A stretch of 64,000 bases of DNA from an uncultured Methanosarcinaceae archaeon (GTDB taxonomy: Archaea > Halobacteriota > Methanosarcinia > Methanosarcinales > Methanosarcinaceae): the NCBI GenBank assembly GCA_963833425.1, contig CAWHXP010000005.1, forward strand, positions 64,001-128,000, read 5' to 3'. A model generated the notes under the pieces. That model made no database searches, had not been told where the DNA came from, and worked only from the letters and a program-made list of their open reading frames with translations. The translations under genes were made by a program, and so were the position numbers. This document shows positions 19,699 through 30,446 of the stretch, in pieces; positions within the stretch are counted from its first letter, which is position 1, and every line of letters starts with the position of its first letter.

Positions 19699-20423
19699 TC
19701 GAGCAGCTCCATAATTTTCCTTAATTTGTCTACAGGAAGTTGTCCGAGAGGTGTTAATATTGTACTTTCAACAGACGCATAGGTCAGAACTGAACCGTAA
19801 AAAGGAGCAATTACTCTTGTATGTTTTCCGAGCTTGCCCATCGCAATAGTACATACTGCTCTTCCTGCTCCCCCAACATCCAGTGTAACTCTTAGCAGAT
19901 CCACTACATCTTTCATCGATTGCGGCATAACAGCAAGTTTAGCAATATCTGCTCCTGCTATAAATGCATCTTCAAGTGTTGCTTTCATTTCCGCAAAAGA
20001 AGGAGCTTTTGAAAAGTCATGAGAAGAAATGATTACAGTTTTCCCATTGTTTTTTGCCGTTTCTACAGCTCTATCTCTATCTTCCTCATCTATAGAGAGT
20101 TCTATGTCAACTGCATCAGGTCCGTCTCTAATGGATAAAAGATCTTCAATGAGCCCAATTCTTTCTGCTTCCTGCCCGTCCCAGTTCCCCCCTTCTATGT
20201 ATGAACGGTTTGTGATAATTATCGGAAGGTCTGTTAAGTATTTTATTTTTCTGATGGTTTCTGCTGCTATATCTAGATCCTTGATTCCTAGCAAATCCAG
20301 CCTTATTTCCAGGATATCAGCCCCTAATTCAGCTGCTTTCTTCGAAGTTTCAAGCGGTTTTTCAAGGATAACTGCAATAACTGCAGGTTTTTTCTGAAGG
20401 TCAAGGGGACCAATATGAATCAT
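19695..20423 (-). CDS. aroD: Type I 3-dehydroquinate dehydratase
   Basis: EIRLD, SSHDF, AKLAVMP and IAMGKLGKHTR motifs; operon context. Confidence 0.93.
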   Translation of the reverse strand: MIHIGPLDLQKKPAVIAVILEKPLETSKKAAELGADILEIRLDLLGIKDLDIAAETIRKIKYLTDLPIIITNRSYIEGGNWDGQEAERIGLIEDLLSIRDGPDAVDIELSIDEEDRDRAVETAKNNGKTVIISSHDFSKAPSFAEMKATLEDAFIAGADIAKLAVMPQSMKDVVDLLRVTLDVGGAGRAVCTIAMGKLGKHTRVIAPFYGSVLTYASVESTILTPLGQLPVDKLRKIMELLE

Positions 20424-20475
20424 TACTATCTCCAGATTTCCGTTTGCAATGACGGATTATTTTTATTCTGGCAAG

Positions 20476-21627
20476 TTACTTCTCTACAATCGTTTCTTCA
20501 ATACTTTTGCCGAAATGTCTGGCTCCCTCTTCCATGCGAACCAGAACTTCATCTCCTTTCTTGAGTTTGGCAACTGAGATCGGCGTTCCATCTTTCCCTA
20601 CTAGTTTAATAGTCTCTGCATTTTGCAAGATTGCAGTAAGAGTTCTGTCCCTGGCTTTTGCTTCGATAAGCATAAGAGGACGACTTTCGATCTTGACTCT
20701 GCCCACAATGCCTTCTCGCTGTTTTCCTTTTGAATTCACAATAGTTACTGTATCTCCTGTCTGGAGCTCCGAAAGATAGTTGGTTTTTTTGCCTATCTTG
20801 ATATAGGAATGAACTGCCCCTGCATTTACTCTAAATGGACGAGCTGCAACGTAAGGACTTTCATCAGATTCAGAGTTTACGAGGAACATTCCTTTTGCTT
20901 GAGAACCTATGAGCATGCCTTCTCCTCGTTGCATGAGGTTGCACGTATCTACGCAGACTCTATCTCCCATCCCGAGAGTTTCAACTCTGCTCACAATTGC
21001 AGATTCAAGTTCGATGGTTTCATTTTCCAGATCTCTCGCAGCCTTTATTGCATCTTTTATATCCTGAGGGTTCCCACTGTCAAGAAGAACGCCATCTACT
21101 CCGGTTTCAAGAATTTGAAAGGCTAGTTTTGCTTCTTCTGCGCTCTTTACTCCATAGATTATCTTTACTTTATGATTCTGGAGTTCAGCAATCAGATTTT
21201 CAAGAGGGATAATTTTCCAATCCGTGCCTGTTACAAGTAGGTAATCGCAAATTTTCCCCATTTCAGCTGCAAAATGTTCATAAAGTTTGTCCCTTATGAC
21301 TACGTATCCACCCACTAAGCTTCCTTTGTTTATGAGAAGAGTTGCTGTATTTATATCGATAGAACCAGAAATTTCAGGGGGAAGGGATTTTGTCCCATCC
21401 CCTTCTCCCCTTTTTCCAATAATCACAATTTCAGCCCCAAATTTATTGTCATGGGCAAAGGTTGCTATTGTAATGTTTCCCAGTTCTCGGACCTTTAGTA
21501 CATCGCCAGTGTTTACAAGAACGCAGTCAGCTCCTGATTCAAGACCTGTAGTGATCCTCTCTTTCTGTTCTTCCCATCCACCTTCATCGGCTTTTATCCA
21601 GACACTTTTCTTTTTCAAAGGCTTCAA
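20476..21627 (-). CDS. aroB': 3-dehydroquinate synthase II (archaeal AroB')
   Basis: DWKIIPLENLIA, GDRVCVDTC, RPFRVNAGAVHSY and LQNAETI motifs. Confidence 0.95.
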   Translation of the reverse strand: MKPLKKKSVWIKADEGGWEEQKERITTGLESGADCVLVNTGDVLKVRELGNITIATFAHDNKFGAEIVIIGKRGEGDGTKSLPPEISGSIDINTATLLINKGSLVGGYVVIRDKLYEHFAAEMGKICDYLLVTGTDWKIIPLENLIAELQNHKVKIIYGVKSAEEAKLAFQILETGVDGVLLDSGNPQDIKDAIKAARDLENETIELESAIVSRVETLGMGDRVCVDTCNLMQRGEGMLIGSQAKGMFLVNSESDESPYVAARPFRVNAGAVHSYIKIGKKTNYLSELQTGDTVTIVNSKGKQREGIVGRVKIESRPLMLIEAKARDRTLTAILQNAETIKLVGKDGTPISVAKLKKGDEVLVRMEEGARHFGKSIEETIVEK

Positions 21628-21712
21628 CTCCGTAACTTCTTGTTTTCACTTAGGCCTTCACTTTTTTAGTTTTTATTTTTGGGTAATTATCTCGCGATTT
21701 AATATCTTGTGA

Positions 21713-22510
21713 TCATTTCAGCTGCTCCAGAGCTTCTTCTGCAGGTCTTCGATGGTGGACGATTTCGCAGATGGCACGGGTAAGTCTGACAGGATCTTTG
21801 TGCTGGAAAACATTTCTGCCAATTGCAGCTCCTCTAGCTCCGGCTTCCATTGCTCCATCAATCATTTCCAGAAGCTCTAGGTCAGTTGAGGTTTTAGGTC
21901 CTCCTGCAATAATTACAGGCACAGGACAGCCCCTAATCACATCTCTGAAACTATCAGGATCTCCAGTGTATACGGTTTTTACAAAATCAGCTCCGATCTC
22001 AGCTCCGATTCTTGCAGCATGTGCTACATTTACAGGATCATGTGGATTGGTGATTTTTTTACCTCTTGGGTACATCATAGCAAGAAGAGGTATACCCCAT
22101 TCAGTACAGTCTCTAGAGATTGTTCCGAACTGCTCAAGCTGATCTGCTTCTGTTTCGGATCCGACATTAATATGCAGAGAAACAGCATCTGCTCCGATTT
22201 TAATTACCTCCTCAACTGTGCAAACCTGAACCTTGGCATTTGGGTCAGGACTTAGGATGGAAGAAGCACTGATATGCACGATGAGCCCTATATCGTGGCC
22301 ATATCCTCTATGCCCATATTTTACCATTCCTTTCTGCATGAGGACGGCGTTTGCACCTCCTTCGGCTACCTTATTAACTGTATCAGTTACATTGATCAGT
22401 CCCTCAATAGGTCCATCTGATATTCCATGGTCCATGGGAATAATGACAATGTTTCTGCTCTCCCGGTTCATCAGTCTTTCTATCCGTATTTTCTTACCAA
22501 TATCTGACAT
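21713..22510 (-). CDS. aroA': 2-amino-3,7-dideoxy-D-threo-hept-6-ulosonate synthase (AroA', DhnA-type aldolase)
   Basis: PMDHG, AMMYPRG, GADFVKT, AGGPK and GRNVFQ motifs; first gene of the aro operon. Confidence 0.93.
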   Translation of the reverse strand: MSDIGKKIRIERLMNRESRNIVIIPMDHGISDGPIEGLINVTDTVNKVAEGGANAVLMQKGMVKYGHRGYGHDIGLIVHISASSILSPDPNAKVQVCTVEEVIKIGADAVSLHINVGSETEADQLEQFGTISRDCTEWGIPLLAMMYPRGKKITNPHDPVNVAHAARIGAEIGADFVKTVYTGDPDSFRDVIRGCPVPVIIAGGPKTSTDLELLEMIDGAMEAGARGAAIGRNVFQHKDPVRLTRAICEIVHHRRPAEEALEQLK

Positions 22511-23046
22511 CGTAATACACCTAAATTATGGATTGACACATTTCATCCTTAAATTTTGTTTATCTATTTACTTTGTCTATCGTTATCATCAACTAGGGCA
22601 TTTGCTAGCATGTAGCATACTAGCACGCTACATCTATTTAAATATATCTTGTAAAATTGTAAAATTATTTACACTTTCCAATCAAAAGAAATATTCTTGA
22701 TATTTTATAGGTTAATTTGTAGCGATTATCACCACAGAGGAATTATATTTTAGAGAGAATTTTTAGAAACTTCAAAATTTGGATGAGTTTTCACATGGAA
22801 CATATATATAAATCCTTTAACACAGAAGTTTATCAGAATTCATCCCACTTAATAGACAAATATTCTAAAATATAAATATAGATTAAAAGTAATAAACTCT
22901 AAAATTCAAAGCCTTTTTCCTACTAAAAGAGTTACAGATCATGAACTTGAACAGATACGAGAATTAAAATAGGATTAGATTGGCTAATTGAATAAATTCA
23001 GAGCTTCATAACAATATCATCATACTAAAAAGAAAAGGAAGGAATT

Positions 23047-23616
23047 ATGAGAAAAATAAAAATTCTTGTTGTCAATAACTATGGACAATTCTGCCACCTT
23101 ATTTACCGGGCTGCCCGAGATCTTGATATGGATCCGAAGATCATTTCAAATACAATGACTATCGAGGATATTATTGCAGAAGAGCCCGATGGACTGATCC
23201 TAAGCGGAGGGCCAGAAATTGATCGGACAGGTTTATGTAGTGATTATGTCCGGGAAATTGATCTCCCTATTCTTGGAATCTGCCTTGGCCATCAGATAAT
23301 TGCTTTGGCTCATGGAGGACATGTCCATGCCGGGAAAAAAGGTGGGTATGCAGAGGTTGATATAGAAGTGATCGAAGAAGATGATATCCTTCGGGGACTT
23401 GGCCCAAAAATAACTGTATGGGCTTCGCACGCAGACGAGGTTGCTATTATCCCTGAAGGTTTTATCCACCTTGCCCGCTCAGATATCTGTGAAATCGAAG
23501 CCATGCGTCATTCTACAAAGCCAATTTATGGTATACAGTGGCATCCTGAGGTTTCCCATACAAATCAAGGAGAAGAAATGTTCATGAATTTTTTTGAAAT
23601 TTGTGATCAGTACTGA
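23047..23616 (+). CDS. guaAA: GMP synthase glutamine amidotransferase subunit A
   Basis: LSGGP, GICLGHQ, SHADEV and QWHPEV class I GATase motifs. Confidence 0.93.
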   Translation: MRKIKILVVNNYGQFCHLIYRAARDLDMDPKIISNTMTIEDIIAEEPDGLILSGGPEIDRTGLCSDYVREIDLPILGICLGHQIIALAHGGHVHAGKKGGYAEVDIEVIEEDDILRGLGPKITVWASHADEVAIIPEGFIHLARSDICEIEAMRHSTKPIYGIQWHPEVSHTNQGEEMFMNFFEICDQY

Positions 23617-23733
23617 GATCTCAAGGGTTCTATACGACTTTATTGATCAAATATTTGGATTGTAACAAGTAAAATTAAGTTTGCAGATGAGCAGATAAGC
23701 TATAACAATACGGACAAAAAAAGTCAGGGACGA

Positions 23734-25056
23734 TTACATCCCTAGTTTTTTTTTCATCATCTTCTGAATATTGAATTTCCCACCTTTGAAACCTTTTAGA
23801 GCCATCTGCATGGTCTTATGATATTTCAGTAACTCCCTTACATCTTCAGGACTGCAGCCAGAACCCCTTGAAATTCTTTTGATCCGTGAACCCCCTATGA
23901 TCTTTGGATCCTTCATTTCATCTTCTGTCATTGAATCCATGATTATCTTATAACTTTTCATTTTATCACTTGTAGCCTGGAACATTTCGTCTGAAAGCTT
24001 CACACCCCCTAAGCCCATTGGTAGCATGGACATAATTTGCTTGAGAGGTCCAATTTTGTTCATTGCTTCAAGTTGTTTGTACATATCCTTTAGAGTGAAG
24101 CGCCCCTGCATCATACCTTCAACATTCATATCTTCTTCACTCAATGTTTCCTCAGCTTTTTCCATCAGACTTTTGAGGTCGCCCATGCCAAGAAGTCGTG
24201 AAATAAACCGATCAGATTCAAATTTTTCAAGATCTTCAGCTGTTTCCCCAACACCTATGAAGGCTATAGGAGATTTTGTTTCGGAAACAGCTGACAGTGC
24301 CCCACCTCCTTTTGCTGTACCATCAAGTTTCGTTATTATTACGCCTGTAATCCCTATTGAAACATTAAAAGCATGAGCTTGCTGGCTTGCCTGCTGTCCT
24401 ATACCTGCGTCCAGAACCATGAATTTGTGATTTGGCTTTGCAACCTCATTGATCCTCTCCATTTCCTCTATCAGTTCGGCTTCAAGAGCATGCCTACCTG
24501 CAGTGTCCACAATTTTTATGTCGTATTTCTCAATGGCTTTCAGACCGTTTCTTGTAATTTTCACAGCATCAGGGTTTCCTTCTTCTCCGTAGAAAGCGAC
24601 ATTGAGATTTTCACAGAGAGTTTTAAGTTGATGGTAGGCTCCGGGGCGGAAAGTATCTGCGGCAATGACACCTGCTTTAAGTCCTTTTCGCTGGAAGTAA
24701 CGTGCGAGCTTTGCAGTACTTGTGGTTTTTCCACTTCCCTGCAACCCCACCATCATTATTGTCTGGGGCTTGAGCTGAATATCCGCTCCCTTCCCGATTA
24801 TTTCCATCAGTTCTTGGTAAACGATTCTGACTACGTGCTCTCTAGGATTTATTCCCGCAGAAGGATCTTCTTTCATAGCACGCTCTTTAATTTTCTTGGA
24901 CATGTCCATAACAAGTTTTACGTTTACATCCGCCTGAAGCAGAGCCCTTTGGATGTCCTTTATTACTTCGTTGACCGTGCGCTCATCAATTCTCCCCGCT
25001 CCAATCAGTTTCTTTAGAGCCCCTTGTAAGGAGTCTCCTAGTTTTTCCAGTACCAT
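23734..25056 (-). CDS. srp54: Signal recognition particle protein Srp54
   Basis: [36 protein letters not shown]; Met-rich M domain. Confidence 0.97.
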   Translation of the reverse strand: MVLEKLGDSLQGALKKLIGAGRIDERTVNEVIKDIQRALLQADVNVKLVMDMSKKIKERAMKEDPSAGINPREHVVRIVYQELMEIIGKGADIQLKPQTIMMVGLQGSGKTTSTAKLARYFQRKGLKAGVIAADTFRPGAYHQLKTLCENLNVAFYGEEGNPDAVKITRNGLKAIEKYDIKIVDTAGRHALEAELIEEMERINEVAKPNHKFMVLDAGIGQQASQQAHAFNVSIGITGVIITKLDGTAKGGGALSAVSETKSPIAFIGVGETAEDLEKFESDRFISRLLGMGDLKSLMEKAEETLSEEDMNVEGMMQGRFTLKDMYKQLEAMNKIGPLKQIMSMLPMGLGGVKLSDEMFQATSDKMKSYKIIMDSMTEDEMKDPKIIGGSRIKRISRGSGCSPEDVRELLKYHKTMQMALKGFKGGKFNIQKMMKKKLGM

Positions 25057-25809
25057 ATGAAAATCGTCCTATAAGTTTTTGAGAATGAATAAAAATATAA
25101 CTACACTTTGTTGACATTATGTAAGAGAATATCTTTATTTGATAAACCTTAAGTCTCGGAAACTTAAAAAAAATATAGGTAAATGGATCCTAAATATAAA
25201 TCAGTAACCGGCTATAAAAAAGTTCCTAGATACAAAATTGGGGATTCATAACAAAAGATTAAAAGAGGATAGATTTTTTTATTTCAGTCGAACATCCCGT
25301 AATCCCATCCCTATGCAAGCTTCTTTCATTCTACTGGATTAAATTGTGAAGTTTTTAAGAGGATGAATCCCAAATTTAAGGTTAAATACATTGCCATTGA
25401 CTTCAATAATATTCTATATTATGGAATTAGAAATGCCTGGTACATAACTAAGAAAATTAAAACTGAAGAATGAACTTCTTGAGATAACCTTTCTGTATTT
25501 TATGCATAAACATAGTTTAACAGTATAAATTCTAAATAGAAACTTTGGTCAAAAATTATAAATTATACAACTCAAAAGACAGATAATAAATATTTAGTAG
25601 AGTCCGGAAATAAGTCAAAAATTAGTTGACCATAATATCACCCAGTTTTTCACAAAAATACCAAAGAGTTTGGTTGCACTAGCGAACTCAAAAAGATATT
25701 ATAAAAAAATTATACCAAACGAGAACACTTGAATATGAGATTGGTATCCTTACTACTCTATTTATTTGATATAAATCCACTTGAATTTATCTGAGTGAAT
25801 ATAAACGGA

Positions 25810-25895
25810 AGAGATTTTCGAATGAAATAATTGAGTAGATTATGGAACTTATAGAATCATATCAGAGTGAAAATCAGATTTTTATCGAAATTTTC
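25810..25895. mobile_element. Possible IS5-related MITE (diverged)
   Basis: 86 bp bounded by AGAGATTTTCGAATGAA and TTTATCGAAATTTTC. Confidence 0.4.
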
Positions 25896-26089
25896 ACAGT
25901 ATCAAAAATAAAAATTGGAGATAATCTTTATTTACAGGTATGATGTTTCGGCTAAATTTCCAAAAAACCGGATTCATTTTGAAGACTGCGGAGCTTTGCT
26001 CTCACGAGACAAAGGGAAAAATCGTGGAGTAATCTCAGATAAGGTAAATGATTAAGAAAAAATAGATTTTAAAATTATAAATATGTTAT

Positions 26090-26460
26090 TGGGACATACA
26101 AAACAGATGTAAGGACTGAAGTAGCCAATCTTTCACTTATACCTTGGAGCCTATTATCTATTTAAGGTATGTGAACTCTTTGGAATGGTTAAAGATCAGA
26201 TCGAATATGTCAGTGATCCAAGGGTTGACTACGTATATAAGTTTGTCAATGCTAAGTCGAGAATTGGAACTGGAAACTGCGAAGATCAGCAAATTCTCCA
26301 GTTTATACATAAACCATCGATACAAAATACCGAACTGATAAATCTGGTTACTGGTTCTGCTTGACCTGAATTCTATGCTTTATGTAGGCGGACAAGAGCA
26401 ACGGCTCGGGCGAAAGTTTAGGCTGCTGAAATAAAGAAACCATCCAGGAACTGATCCTTT
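26090..26460 (+). pseudogene. Transglutaminase-like domain protein remnant (limits approximate)
   Basis: Broken frames give DVRTEVA...GAYYLFKVCELFGMVKDQIEYVSDPR...IGTGNCEDQ, resembling the YxSDP...GDCEDxA transglutaminase-like motifs. Confidence 0.55.
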
Positions 26461-26632
26461 ACAAAAACTAAATAAGTGGAAGTTATAGATATCAATTCCT
26501 GAAGTATTACTAAACATATGTTATGAGTCAGTGCCTATATTGAATTTTATCGTGTCAGTTGTCTAACCCCAGTAAATATTTTGTATTTTTAATCCACACT
26601 CAGTGCTAATTACAGAGGAGTGTTTACAATTT

Positions 26633-27949
26633 ATGGAAGTTCCGGAAATAGAAAGAAATATAGGAATCAGTCTATACTCCACGGATACCGAAGGCCTTGG
26701 TGGGAAGCTCCGCCAGGAAGTGGAGGACTTTATTGTTAAAGAGATCACGAACAGAGAAGAAGGAGAGGAGGGTAAGTATCTTATTCTCGAGCTCATAAAA
26801 CGAAACTGGGATACTCACCACTTAACCAGGACTCTCGCAAAAATACTACAGATTAGCCAGAAGAGGATTAGCATTGCAGGCACAAAAGACAAACGTGCAC
26901 TTACCACGCAAAAAATCAGCATCTTTGACATTGATGCTTCAAGAATTGAAAATATACATTTGAAAGACGTAGAGATAAATGCCTTGGGACGCTCCAAAAA
27001 ATCAATAGAAATTGGAAATCTATGGGGAAATGACTTCATAATTACAATAAGGAATATACCAAGTTCTCCTGAGGAAGCAAAAAAACTTCTAGAAAAAATT
27101 ACAAATGAAATCCTGTTCCAGAGTGGGACCCCCAATTTCTTTGGAATACAGCGTTTCGGTTCTATCCGACCTGTTACCCATCTGGTAGGAAAAGCCATAG
27201 TAGAAGGAGATTTCGAAAAAGCTGCCATGCTTTATATAGCCGAGCCTTTTCCTGATGAACCAGATGAAACAAAAAAAGCTCGTCTTCTAGTTAAAGAGAC
27301 ACGCGATTTTAAGGAAGGACTTAAAACCTATCCACTCCGCCTTGGTCATGAAAGAGCCATGATGAACCATCTGATCGCAAACCCGAATAATTTTGCAGGT
27401 GCCTTCCTAATTCTCCCAAAAAATCTTTACACACTATTTGTACACGGCTACCAATCATATATTTACAATATGATCCTCTGTCGCAGAATCAAAAAAAGCC
27501 TCCCCTTAAATCAGGCTATAGAAGGTGATATTGTCTGTTTCAAAAATAATCTCGGACTTCCAGATTCTTCAAAGACCGAACAAGTTACAGTCGAGACCAT
27601 AGATGCAATGAATCGCCTGATAAAAAAGAAACGGGCCTTCATAACCTCTCCTCTACCAGGCTATAAAACAGAATTTGCTTCAGGCATCCCAGGTAAAATT
27701 GAGCAAGAGGTGATCCAAGAACTCAAAGTCCCTCTAAACGGTTTCAATGTAGAAGAAATTCCTGAAATGAGTTCAAAAGGTATCCGCAGGGAAATACTTA
27801 TGCAAGTGGAGCCAAAATTTGAAGTTGCAGAAGACGATCTGAATCCAGAAAAATCAAAGGTAGTGCTTGAGTTCATGTTACCCAAGGGAAGTTATGCAAC
27901 AACATTACTCAGGGAGTATATGAAAGTAGATCCTTTGTATATGAGCTGA
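26633..27949 (+). CDS. truD: tRNA pseudouridine(13) synthase
   Basis: EDFIVKE, AGTKDKRALTTQ, PNFFGIQRFG and LPKGSYAT motifs. ATG at 26633 follows a GAGGAG element. Confidence 0.96.
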   Translation: MEVPEIERNIGISLYSTDTEGLGGKLRQEVEDFIVKEITNREEGEEGKYLILELIKRNWDTHHLTRTLAKILQISQKRISIAGTKDKRALTTQKISIFDIDASRIENIHLKDVEINALGRSKKSIEIGNLWGNDFIITIRNIPSSPEEAKKLLEKITNEILFQSGTPNFFGIQRFGSIRPVTHLVGKAIVEGDFEKAAMLYIAEPFPDEPDETKKARLLVKETRDFKEGLKTYPLRLGHERAMMNHLIANPNNFAGAFLILPKNLYTLFVHGYQSYIYNMILCRRIKKSLPLNQAIEGDIVCFKNNLGLPDSSKTEQVTVETIDAMNRLIKKKRAFITSPLPGYKTEFASGIPGKIEQEVIQELKVPLNGFNVEEIPEMSSKGIRREILMQVEPKFEVAEDDLNPEKSKVVLEFMLPKGSYATTLLREYMKVDPLYMS

Positions 27950-28501
27950 AAATTAACAGAGTAAACTCTTCAGCTTGAGTGTCGATGGCTCAGACGCTTG
28001 TTTATTTAAAATAGAGTTTTTTGCTCTTTAAAAATATTAGTCATCCACACTTACTGAGTGCCAGAAACTGCTCTAAGAACTGAAGGATAAAAATGAAAAT
28101 GCAAATAACAAAGATCCAGTTCAATTTTTAAAATTATCACGCTAATAAGAGACTTTTCATTAATTTCTTGTATTTAGATTTTAATTCTAAATCTTACAAA
28201 ATAATAAATTTTTTAAGTTCATTGAATTTAATTCTGGTCGTAATCAATTAGGCATTGTACCAAAAGTTTTGTAAAATGTAATTGATTATGTGTCTTTTCT
28301 TTCACTGCAAAAAATGGATTCAGAGTCTATAGTTTTACTGACAAAGCTTCTGTTTTTATTGATTTCATTTATGCATAGTTTTAGACACAAAAACGGTGTA
28401 TTTTGCACTAATTGATGCCTATTATACTTTTTTGTAATTATGAAACTAATAATGAATTCCATGATATAAGATACTGGCTTATTGTGGCTTCATTGAGCAA
28501 A

Positions 28502-28705
28502 TCAACTTTTAATTAAGAAAATTTGAAATTTCCTTTCAATAATGACAAAACTTATTGTTTTAAAAGACTCTACAAAAATATCTATGCCACTTTCCGATTT
28601 ATCTTCTCCTATTGCATAAAAGCCCATAAATGCTATCTTTGTTGCTACTTCTTTTTCATAGCACAAAGAAAATATTTTCAAACAATTATTTGAGTAAGGG
28701 AACAT
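28502..28705 (-). pseudogene. Degenerate minimal nucleotidyltransferase (MNT antitoxin-like)
   Basis: KIAFMGFYAIGEDKSESGIDIFVE is an eroded FGSYARGE-x4-SDIDILVE motif. Confidence 0.5.
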
Positions 28706-28988
28706 TCTCTATATTTGTATAAATTTGTAATCATAATCTAAACATATTTTAATTAAAAATCAAGAAAATAATAAGACTAACATTTGTATAAAAAATCCAT
28801 CTAAGATAAATATAGCCAAACTTTATTAGATTAAACAACATCTGAATAACTTCATAATATTTAATTTTTTTTATAATTGCTTATTAATAAATACTTATGA
28901 TTCTAGAGTATATTTATACTACTAACACTATTTAAATTGATAATGGTCTTATTTTAAAGAAAATGACTTATTTAAATGGGGGAAATAA

Positions 28989-30446
28989 ATGTTAAATAAA
29001 CGCAAATTGTATTCTATAACCCTAGTTTCAATAGCTATGGTTTTTATGCTGGCGAGCACCGCAGGTGCAGCGCCATATGCATATATTACAAACACTGGCA
29101 ACAATTCTGTCGGTGTAATTGACACAGGCAATAATACTGGTAACGGCACTGTACCTGTAGGACCTGTAGAATCCAGTCCTTTTGGAGTTGCAGTCGCCAC
29201 TATACCTGTAGGATCTTATCCTATTGCAGATGCAGTCACACCTGATGGAACAAAAGTATATGTGGTGAACGAGAATAGCAACACTGTTTCTGTAATTAAC
29301 GCAGCTACAAATACTGTTAAAGCCACGGTGAATGTAGGAAACGGTCCTGTAGGAGTTGCAGTCACTCCGGATGGAACAAAAGCATATGTAACAAACTACA
29401 ACAGCAACAATGTTTCTGTAATTAACACAACCACAAATCAAGTTATAGAAGCGGTGCCTGTAGGAAATAATCCGTTTGGAGTTGCAGTCAGCCCAGATGG
29501 AACAAAAGCATATGTAACAAACTACGACAGCAACAATGTTTCTGAAATTAACACATCAACTAACAGAGTTACAGCCAATGTGAATGTAGGAAACGCTCCT
29601 TTGGGAGTTGCATTCACACCTGATGGATCAACAGCATATGTAGCGAACAACCATGGTGATACTGTAACTGTAATTAACACAGCAACTAATACTGTTAAAG
29701 CCACGGTGAGTGTAGGACATTATCCTAATATATGTGCAATCACTCCAGATGGAACAAAGGCATATGTGACAAATTTTGGCAGCGGCAATGTCTCTGTAAT
29801 TAACACATCAACTAACACTGTTATAAACGTACCAATAGAAGAACACCGAGTAGTAAACTCAGATGCAAATATATATGCGTCAAACACCGCTAGTGGTATC
29901 TCACCAAAAATAAATGTAGGAGTCGAACCTGCTGGAGCTGCAGTTACCCCAGATGGAACAAAGGTATATGTGGCAAATTTTGGCAGCAACAATGTCTCTG
30001 TAATTGACACCGCTACAAACACTGTTACAGCCACAGTGAGTGGATTTAATGGTCCTAGTTCCTATGGACTGTTTATAGGCCCCGCCGGAACTCCAGCTCT
30101 GGATCTGGTAAAGTTAGCAAATCCAATGATTTATACCGACGAAGGGCAGACAATAACATACACCTACACTGTAAAGAACTCAGGACAAGTGACTCTAACA
30201 GCACCGATAATTGTCACAGATGATAAATTTGGCACAATAATTATACAAAGCACTGGTGTCCTTAGTCCAGGTCAAAGTGTTACAGGACCAGCAGTTACCT
30301 ACCAAATAACAGACAAAGACATTGATAGACGTTCTGTGACTAATTTGGCAACTGCAGAAGGTTCATTAGGAATTAAGAAAATTACTTCAAACTATGCTGC
30401 TGGGGTAGTTCTCTATGAACATCCAGAAGAACATTCACGCTATTAA
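28989..30446 (+). CDS. Secreted YVTN beta-propeller surface protein with C-terminal Ig-like domain
   Basis: Signal peptide ending AGA-APYAY; repeated VTPDGTKAYVTNxxSNNVSVINT; C-terminal GQTITYTYTVKNSG...VTNLATA. Confidence 0.9.
   Translation: MLNKRKLYSITLVSIAMVFMLASTAGAAPYAYITNTGNNSVGVIDTGNNTGNGTVPVGPVESSPFGVAVATIPVGSYPIADAVTPDGTKVYVVNENSNTVSVINAATNTVKATVNVGNGPVGVAVTPDGTKAYVTNYNSNNVSVINTTTNQVIEAVPVGNNPFGVAVSPDGTKAYVTNYDSNNVSEINTSTNRVTANVNVGNAPLGVAFTPDGSTAYVANNHGDTVTVINTATNTVKATVSVGHYPNICAITPDGTKAYVTNFGSGNVSVINTSTNTVINVPIEEHRVVNSDANIYASNTASGISPKINVGVEPAGAAVTPDGTKVYVANFGSNNVSVIDTATNTVTATVSGFNGPSSYGLFIGPAGTPALDLVKLANPMIYTDEGQTITYTYTVKNSGQVTLTAPIIVTDDKFGTIIIQSTGVLSPGQSVTGPAVTYQITDKDIDRRSVTNLATAEGSLGIKKITSNYAAGVVLYEHPEEHSRY

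Noticed and set aside
19834..25017. Antisense ORFs overlapping the aro genes and srp54 (and similar ones opposite pdxS, aroC and the sugar genes)
   Set aside because: Shadow frames of well-conserved genes with no recognisable motifs.
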